Shown here: positions 40,138-49,865 of the stretch, in pieces
Position numbering within the stretch: the first letter of the stretch is position 1
Layout of the letters: every line of letters begins with the position of its first letter
Assembly: GCA_021203145.1 (NCBI GenBank)
Contig: JAJQBS010000086.1
Coordinates: 8,343-72,342, forward strand
Length of the DNA: 64,000 nt
Source: Lachnospiraceae bacterium
GTDB taxonomy: Bacteria; Bacillota; Clostridia; Lachnospirales; Lachnospiraceae
Direction of reading: 5' to 3'
Translations under genes and position numbers: made by a program
Notes under the pieces: generated by a model
The model's database searches: none
What the model saw: only the letters and a program-made list of their open reading frames with translations
What the model was told of the DNA's origin: nothing

Positions 40138-40812
40138 TCATCCCGCGGCAACGATCAGGGTCAGATAACATGGCGCCGAGACGTTCCCCGATGTATCTGC
40201 CACCGTAATTGTAAGCGTGTACCTTCCGGACTTATTCAGGTCATAATCTCCCGAAACAGAGATCCTTCGATAGAGCTCATACACATTATCCACATCGTCT
40301 GAGACATTCTCGACATAATCTCTGATATCAAACGTATCTCCAATCGTCAGATAGGCTTCCGTACAATTCAGCGTGATGACCGGAGCCGCCGGGTTTGAGG
40401 ATGTTTCTTCCTGCGTCCCGGAAGTCGTGTCAGACACACTTTCCGTATCTGTCTCGGTCTCCGAAACCGACTCAATATCTGCTCCTGATTCGGTTTCCGC
40501 TGTTTGTGAAGCATACGCGGAGACCTCTTCGCTCTCAGGCGTCTCCGTTTCTTCCGATATTTCTTCCGGCGAGCTCACAGATTGTAATTCCTGTTCCGTT
40601 TGAGCAGCCTCGGTTTCCGTCTGCCGGGACGAAGTCTCAGCAACCGGCGCCTCGGTATCCGACTCCTCCTCTTCTGTCTCGACCTCCATTGTGGTCTGTG
40701 AAGCAGTGGCCATGCTCAGCTTGCCATCCAGTCCGTCAAACGTCTGAACCATCCACCAGGAGGCCGCAGCCAGCCCCAGCGCAAGAAATATGGTCAAAAT
40801 AATTTTTTTCAT
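40138..40812 (-). CDS. Exported protein: signal/TM segment, acidic E/T/S linker, C-terminal Ig-like domain
   Basis: MKKIILTIFLALGLAAA; APVITL...GDTFD...VSDDVD...SGRYTLTITVADTSGN. Confidence 0.75.
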   Translation of the reverse strand: MKKIILTIFLALGLAAASWWMVQTFDGLDGKLSMATASQTTMEVETEEEESDTEAPVAETSSRQTETEAAQTEQELQSVSSPEEISEETETPESEEVSAYASQTAETESGADIESVSETETDTESVSDTTSGTQEETSSNPAAPVITLNCTEAYLTIGDTFDIRDYVENVSDDVDNVYELYRRISVSGDYDLNKSGRYTLTITVADTSGNVSAPCYLTLIVAAG

Positions 40813-40824
40813 GCCGTTCTCTCC

Positions 40825-42345
40825 CTACAGACTGTCTTCCGTGTTCAGCTTCTCGTATTCCATCTTTCTTTCCGGTCGGGAATCCTCTTCTTCCTCATTT
40901 TCTATCTCAGTTTCTATGTAATGCCGGTATTTTCCATAGTGCCTGTATCCGTAGGAGCCATACTTTCCATATTTTCCATACTTTCCATATGTAGAGAACC
41001 CGCCCGGATTCCGATTAATCAGATAGCCGAGTAATTTTTTACTTTGTATAAAGCCGTCCATTCCGTCCCTTACTTCTCCGACAGTCGGCACATCATGCCG
41101 CACAACATAGACAACCGCGTCCGCGTATCTGGAAAAAATATCCGCATCCGTGAAACCGCAGGCCGGAGGGGTGTCCAAAATGACGCAATCGTAAGCCATT
41201 CGCGCGTACTGCATCAGCGAACGCATCTTTTCTTCGTTGAGAAGCGAGGACGCCGCTCCTTGAATACTGCCCCCGGAAATGATATCGACGCCGCTTTGGG
41301 TAACAATCAGATCCCTGAGCACCATGTTCGAACTAAAATAGTCTGAAAGACCCTTATGGTCCTGCAGTCCGAAAAATTTCAGTACCGATGGATTCCGCAT
41401 ATCACCGTCCAGAAGCAGAACCTTCTTTCCTTTTTCCGCATAAGCGAGAGCCAGGTTCACAGAAACCATACTTTTCCCCTCCTGGGGGAGGCTGCTTGTC
41501 ATGAGAAATACCTTCTGGCCGTCCTTTTCCATCAGCTTCTCAATTCTCGACTGAGCGGCCAGCAGAGACTGCTTTAAGCCCCAGTCCACATGCTTATTTG
41601 TGATAAGGAGTGTTGATTTCGTGCTCGCGGAGCGCTTTTTTATCCTCACGTCAGGAATGAGCGAAATACAGCTCTTGACCGTGATTTTTTTCAGGTCACT
41701 TTCTTTTCGAACCGTTGTGATGGTAAATACATAAAGAGTGGCAAATGCGATGCAGACAGCCATCCCCGCGAGGATCCCCCTTGCAACAGACGACACGGGG
41801 GAATAGATATTAATCGGAGTCTCATCCGAATACAAGACATCTACGAGCTGCAGCTCGACGGTGCCGACGGCCTTGGAAGCCCAGTCCGGGTAGACCTTCC
41901 GAAACATGTCCAGCAAAATATTGGAATTCTGGTAGTTGTTTGTTGTCACAGCTACTGTGAACAGGGTAGTCCCCTCCGTATAATCGGAGCTGATGGTATA
42001 GCCATAATCATCCGAAGAGACATTTGTGATCTGGCTAAACAGATCCTCTGTAAAATCCTTTGTTTTCACCACCGTGGGGATCGCGTCGCTGAGGCGCACG
42101 ACAACCATCGCGTCATATGTGACATCTTCGGTCTTTTTCAGAGAGTACGTGACACTGGCTTCGTAGGACGGCATGTAGCTCCAGGTATAATAACCAGTCA
42201 CAAGCACTGCGACAATCGCGAGCAGCAGAAAAAACTGAAGCCAGTACCGCCTGAAGCATCGAAGGTAATCTTCTGTCAGTGTGACCAGGTCAATTACATT
42301 TGCGTTGTTTACCGGTTGAGCCGTATTGCGGCTTTGTTCTGGCAT
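40825..42345 (-). CDS. Fused Wzz-like modulator/BY tyrosine kinase (copy A)
   Basis: Two TM segments, PQEGKS, LLLDGDMR, ILDTPP, Tyr tail YGKYGKYGKYGSYGY; GAGGTG RBS. Confidence 0.88.
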   Translation of the reverse strand: MPEQSRNTAQPVNNANVIDLVTLTEDYLRCFRRYWLQFFLLLAIVAVLVTGYYTWSYMPSYEASVTYSLKKTEDVTYDAMVVVRLSDAIPTVVKTKDFTEDLFSQITNVSSDDYGYTISSDYTEGTTLFTVAVTTNNYQNSNILLDMFRKVYPDWASKAVGTVELQLVDVLYSDETPINIYSPVSSVARGILAGMAVCIAFATLYVFTITTVRKESDLKKITVKSCISLIPDVRIKKRSASTKSTLLITNKHVDWGLKQSLLAAQSRIEKLMEKDGQKVFLMTSSLPQEGKSMVSVNLALAYAEKGKKVLLLDGDMRNPSVLKFFGLQDHKGLSDYFSSNMVLRDLIVTQSGVDIISGGSIQGAASSLLNEEKMRSLMQYARMAYDCVILDTPPACGFTDADIFSRYADAVVYVVRHDVPTVGEVRDGMDGFIQSKKLLGYLINRNPGGFSTYGKYGKYGKYGSYGYRHYGKYRHYIETEIENEEEEDSRPERKMEYEKLNTEDSL

Positions 42346-42361
42346 ATCTTCACCTCGTACC

Positions 42362-43747
42362 TTATTTCGCGTAATAGTAGCTGTAATATCCATAAGTATT
42401 TTTTCGTCCGGATCTGCCAATGCTTCTTGCCATATTCATGATTCCGCCGATCACATCTACCCCGGCAGCTTCCAGAAGATCCACAGTGTCATTAATGTCT
42501 GCGGCATGCACCTCATCCTGCTCAAAGCTGATGATAGCCGCGTCCGTATTTTTGGCCACGATTTCCGCGTCGCGCACAATTCCGAGCGGCGGAGTGTCCA
42601 TAATTACATAATCGACAAGATTGCGCGCGATTTCCAGAAGCATCGGAAACGCCCTCTCCTCCAGCCGTTTGTCCGGCTCACCGATCGCCCTGCTCTGTAA
42701 AATCGCCAGCAGTCCGTCTGTCTGAGGAATCCTTTTCAGGATACGTGAATACTCGCACCCATTTGAGAGATAATCAGACAGACTGCTGTCCGGCTCCATC
42801 TCATAATCAAAGATTTTATAAATCGCAGGTCTTCTCATATCACAGTCCAGCAAAAGGACTTTTTTCCCGCGCTGTACCAGGTTCAGAGCAATGTTCGCCG
42901 CAATGGTAGACTTGCCTTCGTTTTCTCGCATGCTTGTCACCAGCAATGTCTTGTACTTGCCGGAATCCATATGCTCCTGGATCCGGGTGGTAAGCTTATC
43001 CATATCCTCAATGTAAACCGGTTCTGTCCTCGTATCCGTGATCAAAAGAGATTTCTGCGCTTTTTTCTTTCTGATAAAAGGAAGCTGTCCAAGCAGACGG
43101 ATATCCAGCATCTTTTCCGCCTGACTCCGGCTGTGGATTTTATCTGTAAGAAGAACAAGCATGACCACAAGTCCGATCCCGGCGGCCAGGGACAACAGTG
43201 CGGCCATCGCCGTATAGCGCTTTACATCAGGGGATGTGCGGATGATATTATCCGCGGAGAGGCTGGTATAGCTCTGTACCAGATAGCCGGACTCAAAATA
43301 ATCGGAAAGCTTGGGGTACGCTTCCAATGCGGCCTTCAGAAGCCAGAACGCTTCCTCGGCGCTTCTGCCGGTCGTACTCATCGTAATCAGATTTGTCGAT
43401 TCAACCTGTGTGGAAGAAATGGTTCCTGATATGGAGGTGATGCCCTCGTCTTTTTTTATCTGTTCCTTCAGGGTATTGCTGTTCAGAACATTCAGACAGC
43501 GGGTCACAGCAATCGTGACATAGCTGTCCGACTGCCTCGATGTAGACGTGTCTCTGGCCACAACCGACAGCTGTATGCTGGCTGTATAGCTGTCGCTCAA
43601 AAACAGATCCGCCCCGACAGAGGCTGCCACCGCCACAATAACAGTGGACAGCAGGATCACCAGCGCACTTTTCGAAAGCATTCTGAACAGATATGCATAA
43701 TCCAGTGTAAGAGGTTCTTTTCTCATCTGAGAATATTCCTGCGCCAT
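42362..43747 (-). CDS. Fused Wzz-like modulator/BY tyrosine kinase (copy B)
   Basis: Two TM segments, ENEGKST, LLLDCDMRRP, IMDTPP, tail YGYYSYYYAK. Confidence 0.88.
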   Translation of the reverse strand: MAQEYSQMRKEPLTLDYAYLFRMLSKSALVILLSTVIVAVAASVGADLFLSDSYTASIQLSVVARDTSTSRQSDSYVTIAVTRCLNVLNSNTLKEQIKKDEGITSISGTISSTQVESTNLITMSTTGRSAEEAFWLLKAALEAYPKLSDYFESGYLVQSYTSLSADNIIRTSPDVKRYTAMAALLSLAAGIGLVVMLVLLTDKIHSRSQAEKMLDIRLLGQLPFIRKKKAQKSLLITDTRTEPVYIEDMDKLTTRIQEHMDSGKYKTLLVTSMRENEGKSTIAANIALNLVQRGKKVLLLDCDMRRPAIYKIFDYEMEPDSSLSDYLSNGCEYSRILKRIPQTDGLLAILQSRAIGEPDKRLEERAFPMLLEIARNLVDYVIMDTPPLGIVRDAEIVAKNTDAAIISFEQDEVHAADINDTVDLLEAAGVDVIGGIMNMARSIGRSGRKNTYGYYSYYYAK

Positions 43748-43752
43748 AGCTC

Positions 43753-44691
43753 TCAATCCTCCACGACTACGATCAGTCTCGCTCTGCAGTCATATCCGGT
43801 TCTCTCGGATGTATAGGTGTACAATACAAAATAAGTGCCTTCCGTCGATGTATCGACTTCGGAGGTGATTGTGATTTCAGAGACATTGATCCAGTCTCCG
43901 TTTTCACCGTCCGCCTCCTTCTCAGTCACCCATTCGATGCCGTCAGCGGTCTCATTCTCAATCATCTCACCAAAATCAATCTGATACTCAATCCCATCAG
44001 TCAGACGATACAGATAATTCTCCGGGTCAAAGCCGGCTCCCAGCTCTATGTAAGTCAGGTAGGTCGACAGGGTAATCGAGGGACGATACAGCTGCTCCTC
44101 CTCACTGTCCTCATAAATCTCCACCTGTATCGGAACCTGAGCCGTGTCTCCGACACTGTTTGTGACGCTTAAAGTACACTTGTACGTCCCGGTAGGAGAA
44201 TCCGACTGGATATCCTCACTGCCCTCGATCGTAACGAACGGGCTGAGATTGCCATCCAGGCAGTCCGTAGCCACAATATAGTCAAGAAGAGACCAGGTAC
44301 TGTTCTGCGCGAAACGAAGCTGCCGGGATATTTCAAAATGAGGATGGCTATAATCCGTATAAATCAGGGAGCGCGTCAGTCTTCCGACATTTCCGGATGA
44401 ATCAAAAGCCACATAGGTAATCTCAAATTCTTCGGTAGCTCCATCTGTGATTTTACTGACGCTTTCAATGATAATGCTGTCCGAAACGTCGCCGTCCTGG
44501 TCATCGTAGGCAGAAACACCTTCCAGAAGCTCCTCATCCGTGGCATCGATGGACATTTCTATCACATCCGGGCTGGCACTCAGCACCGGATCCGTAGTAT
44601 CCTCCTGCTTTCTCTGTATACTCCAGTATCTCCATCCTCCTATCAGAGAAAGCACAAAAATGACGGCCAGTATGATCCTTGCTTTTTTCAT
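43753..44691 (-). CDS. Membrane-anchored acidic protein with tandem Ig-like domains
   Basis: N-terminal TM; DPVLS...LLEGVSAYDDQDGDVS...ITYVAFDSSGN; VDTSTEGTYFVLY. Confidence 0.75.
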   Translation of the reverse strand: MKKARIILAVIFVLSLIGGWRYWSIQRKQEDTTDPVLSASPDVIEMSIDATDEELLEGVSAYDDQDGDVSDSIIIESVSKITDGATEEFEITYVAFDSSGNVGRLTRSLIYTDYSHPHFEISRQLRFAQNSTWSLLDYIVATDCLDGNLSPFVTIEGSEDIQSDSPTGTYKCTLSVTNSVGDTAQVPIQVEIYEDSEEEQLYRPSITLSTYLTYIELGAGFDPENYLYRLTDGIEYQIDFGEMIENETADGIEWVTEKEADGENGDWINVSEITITSEVDTSTEGTYFVLYTYTSERTGYDCRARLIVVVED

Positions 44692-44725
44692 GCACCCGTT
44701 CCTTTTCTTTATATTGGGGAAGCCC

Positions 44726-45448
44726 CTATTTGCACGCCAGAGGCGTCATTCCCTTCAGAATTCTGCTCGGATTCTCCGACAGCCATAAATGAACAGATCT
44801 CTGCGAAAAATGCTCCGACAAATACCTGATCGCGCGTCCCAGATCATGGGAGCGAAGCCTTGTATCATGGGCGTCCGTCGCAATTATTTTTATAAGGCCG
44901 TCATTCAGCATGGAAACAGCCGCAATCCTGCTTTCCTCGCCAAAATCACCGAACAGGCTGCCCTGATTCATCTGAAGAACACATCCACATCCGGCAAGAT
45001 AGCCGGCGAACCGGATATCCTTCTGAATAAATACATAGCGCTCTGGGTGCGCCAGGACAACCCGGTAGCCCGCTTTATGTAACTCATCCAGTCTCTCGCA
45101 GACAATGTCCGGATCCTCCTCAAAGTCAAACTCCACGAGCAGATAATCAGTTCCGTTCAGTGAAAGAAGCTGGCCTGATTCCAGCAGCGCGGGAACCTTT
45201 TCATCCAGAAAAATTTCCATACCACTGTGCAGCTTTACCGGTATCCGCAGGTGCTCCAGCGTACTCTGCAGCCTGGAAAAGGCGATACGGTATTCGCCGA
45301 CCGTATAGGGATAAAAATTCCCATGGCTGGAAGCGACAATATGAAAAATACCGGAATCAGCCGCAATTTTGGCCATCTCCACGGCTTCCTCCATGGATTC
45401 GGCACCGTCGTCCAGTCCAGGGAGAATATGTGAATGTATATCAACCAT
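44726..45448 (-). CDS. CpsB/CapC PHP tyrosine-protein phosphatase
   Basis: MVDIHSHILPGLDDGA, LAHPERY, ATDAH. Confidence 0.93.
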   Translation of the reverse strand: MVDIHSHILPGLDDGAESMEEAVEMAKIAADSGIFHIVASSHGNFYPYTVGEYRIAFSRLQSTLEHLRIPVKLHSGMEIFLDEKVPALLESGQLLSLNGTDYLLVEFDFEEDPDIVCERLDELHKAGYRVVLAHPERYVFIQKDIRFAGYLAGCGCVLQMNQGSLFGDFGEESRIAAVSMLNDGLIKIIATDAHDTRLRSHDLGRAIRYLSEHFSQRSVHLWLSENPSRILKGMTPLACK

Positions 45449-45561
45449 CTAACTTCCTTCTGTCCGTAAAAATGGCATTCTCCAATACTATAACAAACTA
45501 TTGAGGATTCTTCAAGTGGAAAAAAGAATATTATCTCCCAATTGTGCCCAAAATTTCATTT

Positions 45562-46671
45562 TTATCCTTCGAATGCCTTTGCGATATCCTTCAGATAATG
45601 TGTCACAGAGAGCTGCTGCGGACAGACACTTTCACACTGGCCGCATTCCACACAGTCGGACGCCTTTCCATGTTCCCCTGTAAGCTCCGCATAGCGTTCT
45701 TTATACGCCAGATTCTCCGAATCCCCCAGTCTCGCGTTATAAAGCGCGAAATAATCCGGGATGGCAATGTTCATCGGGCAGCCCTCCATGCAGTAGCGGC
45801 ACGCGGTACAGGGAATCTTCGCCGCCTCATGAATCATCTCCACAACCTGTGCAAGCGCCTGCTTTTCCGTCTCGCCCAGAGGCTCCATATCCTGCATATA
45901 CCCGCTGTTATCAAGCATCTGCTCCATGGAAGACATCCCGCTTAAGACAATCATCACATGTTCCAGGCTCGCGGCAAAACGAATCGCCCAGGACGCGTTC
46001 GACCAGTCCGGATGGATCGCGCCAAGCAGCTTTTCCGCTTCCGGCGGAAGCTTCGCGAGCGTGCCGCCCTTGACCGGCTCCATGACGACCACTTTCTTGC
46101 CATGCTTAACGGCAGTCTCATAGCATTTGCGGGACTGCACCTTCGGGTTCTCCCAATCCAGATAATTCAGCTGAAGCTGCACAAACTCCGCCTCCGGGTG
46201 ATCCGTCAGGATCCGATCCAGGACTTCGGCCTTATCGTGAAAAGAAAATCCGATATGGCGGATCTTCCCCTCTGCCTTCTTGCGCGAAATAAAATCAAAA
46301 CAGCCCAGGCGCTGTACATTATCGTAGCGTTCACCGCTCATCGCGTGCAGCAGGTAATAATCAAAATAATCCTCTCCGGTCTTCTCCAGCTGCTCGTTGA
46401 AAATGCGTTCCAGATCTTCCTCCTTTTCCAGATGAAACAGAGGAAGCTTTGTCGCAATCGTGTATTTCTCACGCGGAATGCGTTTCACGAGCACATCCTT
46501 TACCGCGCGCTCACTCTCATGGTCATGATACATATAAGCGGTGTCAAAGTAGGTAAACCCCCGCTCCAGAAATACATCCGCCATCCGGCAGACCTGCTCT
46601 TTGTCAATGCTTTTCTCATCCTTCGGATCCAGAAGCGGCAGCCGCATCAGGCCAAATCCAAGCTTTCCCAT
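45562..46671 (-). CDS. Aldo/keto reductase with C-terminal 4Fe-4S domain
   Basis: KLGFGLMRLP, FDTAYMY, CTACRYC, CVECGQCESVCPQ. Confidence 0.92.
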   Translation of the reverse strand: MGKLGFGLMRLPLLDPKDEKSIDKEQVCRMADVFLERGFTYFDTAYMYHDHESERAVKDVLVKRIPREKYTIATKLPLFHLEKEEDLERIFNEQLEKTGEDYFDYYLLHAMSGERYDNVQRLGCFDFISRKKAEGKIRHIGFSFHDKAEVLDRILTDHPEAEFVQLQLNYLDWENPKVQSRKCYETAVKHGKKVVVMEPVKGGTLAKLPPEAEKLLGAIHPDWSNASWAIRFAASLEHVMIVLSGMSSMEQMLDNSGYMQDMEPLGETEKQALAQVVEMIHEAAKIPCTACRYCMEGCPMNIAIPDYFALYNARLGDSENLAYKERYAELTGEHGKASDCVECGQCESVCPQQLSVTHYLKDIAKAFEG

Positions 46672-46829
46672 ATTCTATATCCTCCTTGTTGTAAAAACGT
46701 ATCATCAACTTCAGGTTAAATTCTGTCTACTCTAAACTATACCCCGAAACTGTTCACAGTGCAAGTGGAAATTTTATCGTAAATTTCCATCCGGCGGATT
46801 CGTCACCGGCCACTAATCACCAATCACTG

Positions 46830-48215
46830 TCACTCACTGTTTTCAGGACGCGCCGGCTTCCTGTTTCTCTGGAGCCCGAATTTTTCCCGGAATGCCAGGA
46901 AAAGGATCACGCAAATGACCGCCGAAAGGGTGGAACCCGCAGGCGCGGCCAGACCCATGGGGAACAGCGTGTCTGGAAAGAGCACCGTGGCAAGGTAGGC
47001 CCCCGGAATCCGCACGCACAGTACGGAGATCAGATTATGCGCAAAGGAAAAGCCGGACAGTCCGTACGCGCAGAAAAAACCGCTGAAACAAAAATGGATC
47101 CCCGCCATCATGCAGTCAAAAGAGTAGGAGCGCAGGTACTGCCCGCCCAGCACGTACACCGTTTCCTCCTTCGTAAACAGATGGACAAACTGCTCAGGCA
47201 GGATCTGGCAGGTCACAAAGCATAAAAATCCGAACGATACGGTTACCGCCATCGCGCAGTACAGTGTCTTCCTTGCGCGGTCATGCAGACCGGCTCCCCG
47301 GTTCTGCGCGGCAATCGCGGAGACGGAAGAAAGCATCGCGGAGGGCACCAGAAACAGGAAGCTGATGATTTTTTCTACAATCCCCACTGCGGCCGCCACA
47401 TCCACCCCGCGGCGGTTCGCGATCATCGTGATTACCAGAAACGAGATCTGGATAAACCCGTCCTGGCAGGCCACCGGGACGCCGACCTTGAGCAGATCTG
47501 AAAGGACTTCCCTTTGCGGGCGGAAATCCTCCCTCTTCATCCGGATCCCGCCCCTGGATGTGCCGGCACTTTTCTTCTTTAAATATAGCAGTGCGAAAAC
47601 GACGCTGGCCGCCTGGGAAATCACCGTGCCGTACGCGGCTCCCGCCGCCTGCATCCCAAGTCCTCCGATGAGCAGGAAATCCAGGGCAATATTAAGCACA
47701 CAGGCCACTCCGACAAAATACATCGGGCTTCTGGAATCACCCATTCCCCTGTACACGCAGCTGATCACATTGTATGCCGTGATAAAAGGGATCCCCGCAA
47801 AGCAGATGGTCAGATACTCTCTCGTCTGTGAAACCGCCTCCTGCGGCACCGACATCACGGAAATAATGCCATCCCTGAAAAACAGCAAGGCGGCCACAAG
47901 CAGAACCGCGCCTGCCGCAAACAGCGTAATCGTATTCCCAATTATGGTGGAAGCGCGCCCGGTCTGCCTGCTGCCGATTGCCACGCCCAGGCCTACGGTC
48001 GCCCCCATTGCCAGGCCAACAATCATGACGGTCAGCATATGCATGACCTGGCTCCCGATCGACACAGCCGAAATCGCGGCGGCGCCATTGAACTGTCCTG
48101 TCACATACAGGTCCACCATCCCATAAAATGTCTGTAAAAAACAGGAAAGAAGGTACGGCAGGGAAAACCGCAGCAGCACCTTCCAGACACTCCCTTTCGT
48201 CAGATCCCTTTCCAT
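46830..48215 (-). CDS. MATE-family efflux transporter
   Basis: DLTKGSV, RGMGDSRSP, NIALD; about 12 TM segments. Confidence 0.92.
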   Translation of the reverse strand: MERDLTKGSVWKVLLRFSLPYLLSCFLQTFYGMVDLYVTGQFNGAAAISAVSIGSQVMHMLTVMIVGLAMGATVGLGVAIGSRQTGRASTIIGNTITLFAAGAVLLVAALLFFRDGIISVMSVPQEAVSQTREYLTICFAGIPFITAYNVISCVYRGMGDSRSPMYFVGVACVLNIALDFLLIGGLGMQAAGAAYGTVISQAASVVFALLYLKKKSAGTSRGGIRMKREDFRPQREVLSDLLKVGVPVACQDGFIQISFLVITMIANRRGVDVAAAVGIVEKIISFLFLVPSAMLSSVSAIAAQNRGAGLHDRARKTLYCAMAVTVSFGFLCFVTCQILPEQFVHLFTKEETVYVLGGQYLRSYSFDCMMAGIHFCFSGFFCAYGLSGFSFAHNLISVLCVRIPGAYLATVLFPDTLFPMGLAAPAGSTLSAVICVILFLAFREKFGLQRNRKPARPENSE

Positions 48216-48229
48216 TTTGAACTCCTGAT

Positions 48230-48328
48230 TCTGTCCTCTGCCAGTTTCCCGGACTTGTCCTCTGTCAATGTCAGTTTCCTGGATTTATCTTCTGTCAATG
48301 TCCAATTTCCAGGATTTATCTTCTGTCG
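48230..48328. repeat. About 3 copies of a 30-31-nt degenerate tandem repeat
   Basis: TCTGTCAATGTCAGTTTCCTGGATTTATCT-like units spanning the ttcA stop codon. Confidence 0.7.
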
Positions 48329-49746
48329 ATTCTTTTGATTGTTTCTTCTTCGTTCCCATGCTCTATCTTTTCATCTTCGTTCCCGTGCTCTTTCCTGGGC
48401 TTTGCGCAGCTTTCCATTGCCCGTCCCGTCTCATATCCGTCCAGAAAATGGTGCTTCACACCGTCCTGTTTCCAGGAAATGACTGTGTTCAGGTTTACAT
48501 TTTCAGCACTCCTGAAAATATTGCTCTCTACCTCCGGATCCCGTTCGGCCAGAACCGCGATCAGCTGCTTCACCTCGGCGCGTTTGGAGCCCTTTTCCGT
48601 ACCGCCGCAGGAAGCGCAGTTTTCTGTGAATCGGCAGGCGCACTGAATGAAATGCAGGTCGTTGTAATCCGCCCAGCGGATAATATCCTTTTCCCGGATC
48701 AGATACATCGGGCGGATCAGCTCCATCCCTTCAAAATTGTTGCTGTGCAGCTTCGGCATCATCGTCTGCATCTGTCCGCCATAGAGCATGCCCATCAGGA
48801 TTGTTTCAATCACGTCGTCATAATGGTGCCCCAGGGCAATCTTGTTACAGCCAAGCTCCTTCGCGTGGCTGTAAAGATACCCCCGGCGCATCCTCGCACA
48901 CAGATAGCAGGGAGAAGTCTCTGGTTCCACAATGTTAAAAATCTCTGAGCGGAATACCGTGACCGGGACATCCAGCAGTCTGGCGTTGTCTAGTATCCGC
49001 TGATAATTCTGCTCATTGTAGCCCGGGTTCATCACCAGGAAAACCAGTTCAAAGTTTCGTTTTCCATGACGGTACAGCTCCTGGAACAGCTTTGCCATCA
49101 ACATGGAATCCTTGCCCCCGGATATGCAGACCGCGATCCGGTCCCCATCCTGAATCAGGTCGTATTCCTTTATCGCCTTCGTAAACCGGCACCAGAGCTC
49201 CCTGCGGAACTTTTTGATGATGCTGCGCTCCGCCTGCCGGCATCGCGTGATATACGACGGAGCAGCGCTGCTGTACCCGATGCCATCCGGTGTGGCAGCA
49301 CTGCTGTCTGTAAAAACCAATGCATCATCATTTGGGAATATACGCTCTGGTGTCGCTTCTCTGCTCCGGGAGATCCGCTTTCTCTTTGTTCCCTTTTCCG
49401 GTAATGTCCGCTCTCCCTTTGCCGCCTTTTCCGATGATGTCCGTTCACCCATAGTCTCTTTCAGCCGGTACCGCAGATATTCCCGAAATCCTCCTTCAAC
49501 GCTGTACGCATGAATTCCTTCCTCTTCAAGCTCACAGACAAGCTCATCACTCTCATCACCGGTATAGCACAGAAAAAAGAGCGGGCAGTCTTTCGGGAGT
49601 CTCTCCCTGTTTTCACGAATCTGCGATATATCCATATGAATCGCCCCCGGAAAGGTTCCTTTATCAAATTCCTTCCGGGAGCGCATGTCTATGACCGCTC
49701 CTGTACAGCTTAAATGTAACAGCTCTTCCACCGTAATTGTCTTCAT
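48316..49746 (-). CDS. ttcA: Rhodanese-TtcA (tRNA 2-thiocytidine synthase-like) fusion
   Basis: N-terminal rhodanese (IDMRS..EFDKGTFPGA, CYTG), SGGKDS, CYLC, GHHYDD, CACRF..NCASC. Confidence 0.8.
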   Translation of the reverse strand: MKTITVEELLHLSCTGAVIDMRSRKEFDKGTFPGAIHMDISQIRENRERLPKDCPLFFLCYTGDESDELVCELEEEGIHAYSVEGGFREYLRYRLKETMGERTSSEKAAKGERTLPEKGTKRKRISRSREATPERIFPNDDALVFTDSSAATPDGIGYSSAAPSYITRCRQAERSIIKKFRRELWCRFTKAIKEYDLIQDGDRIAVCISGGKDSMLMAKLFQELYRHGKRNFELVFLVMNPGYNEQNYQRILDNARLLDVPVTVFRSEIFNIVEPETSPCYLCARMRRGYLYSHAKELGCNKIALGHHYDDVIETILMGMLYGGQMQTMMPKLHSNNFEGMELIRPMYLIREKDIIRWADYNDLHFIQCACRFTENCASCGGTEKGSKRAEVKQLIAVLAERDPEVESNIFRSAENVNLNTVISWKQDGVKHHFLDGYETGRAMESCAKPRKEHGNEDEKIEHGNEEETIKRIDRR

Positions 49747-49763
49747 GATCCAATGGCTCCCAT

Positions 49764-49865
49764 GTCAGTACACTTTCTCTGTCAGTACACTTTCTATGTC
49801 AATACACTTTCTCTGTCGGTACACTTTCTATATCAGCATACTTTCTCTATCAGTACGCTTTCCCT
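49764..49865. repeat. 6 x 17-bp direct tandem repeat
   Basis: Consensus GTCAGTACACTTTCTCT; units start at 49764, 49781, 49798, 49815, 49832 and 49849. Confidence 0.9.

Noticed and set aside
49764-49865. 17-bp repeats as a mini-CRISPR
   Set aside because: Units are contiguous with no spacers and are too short.
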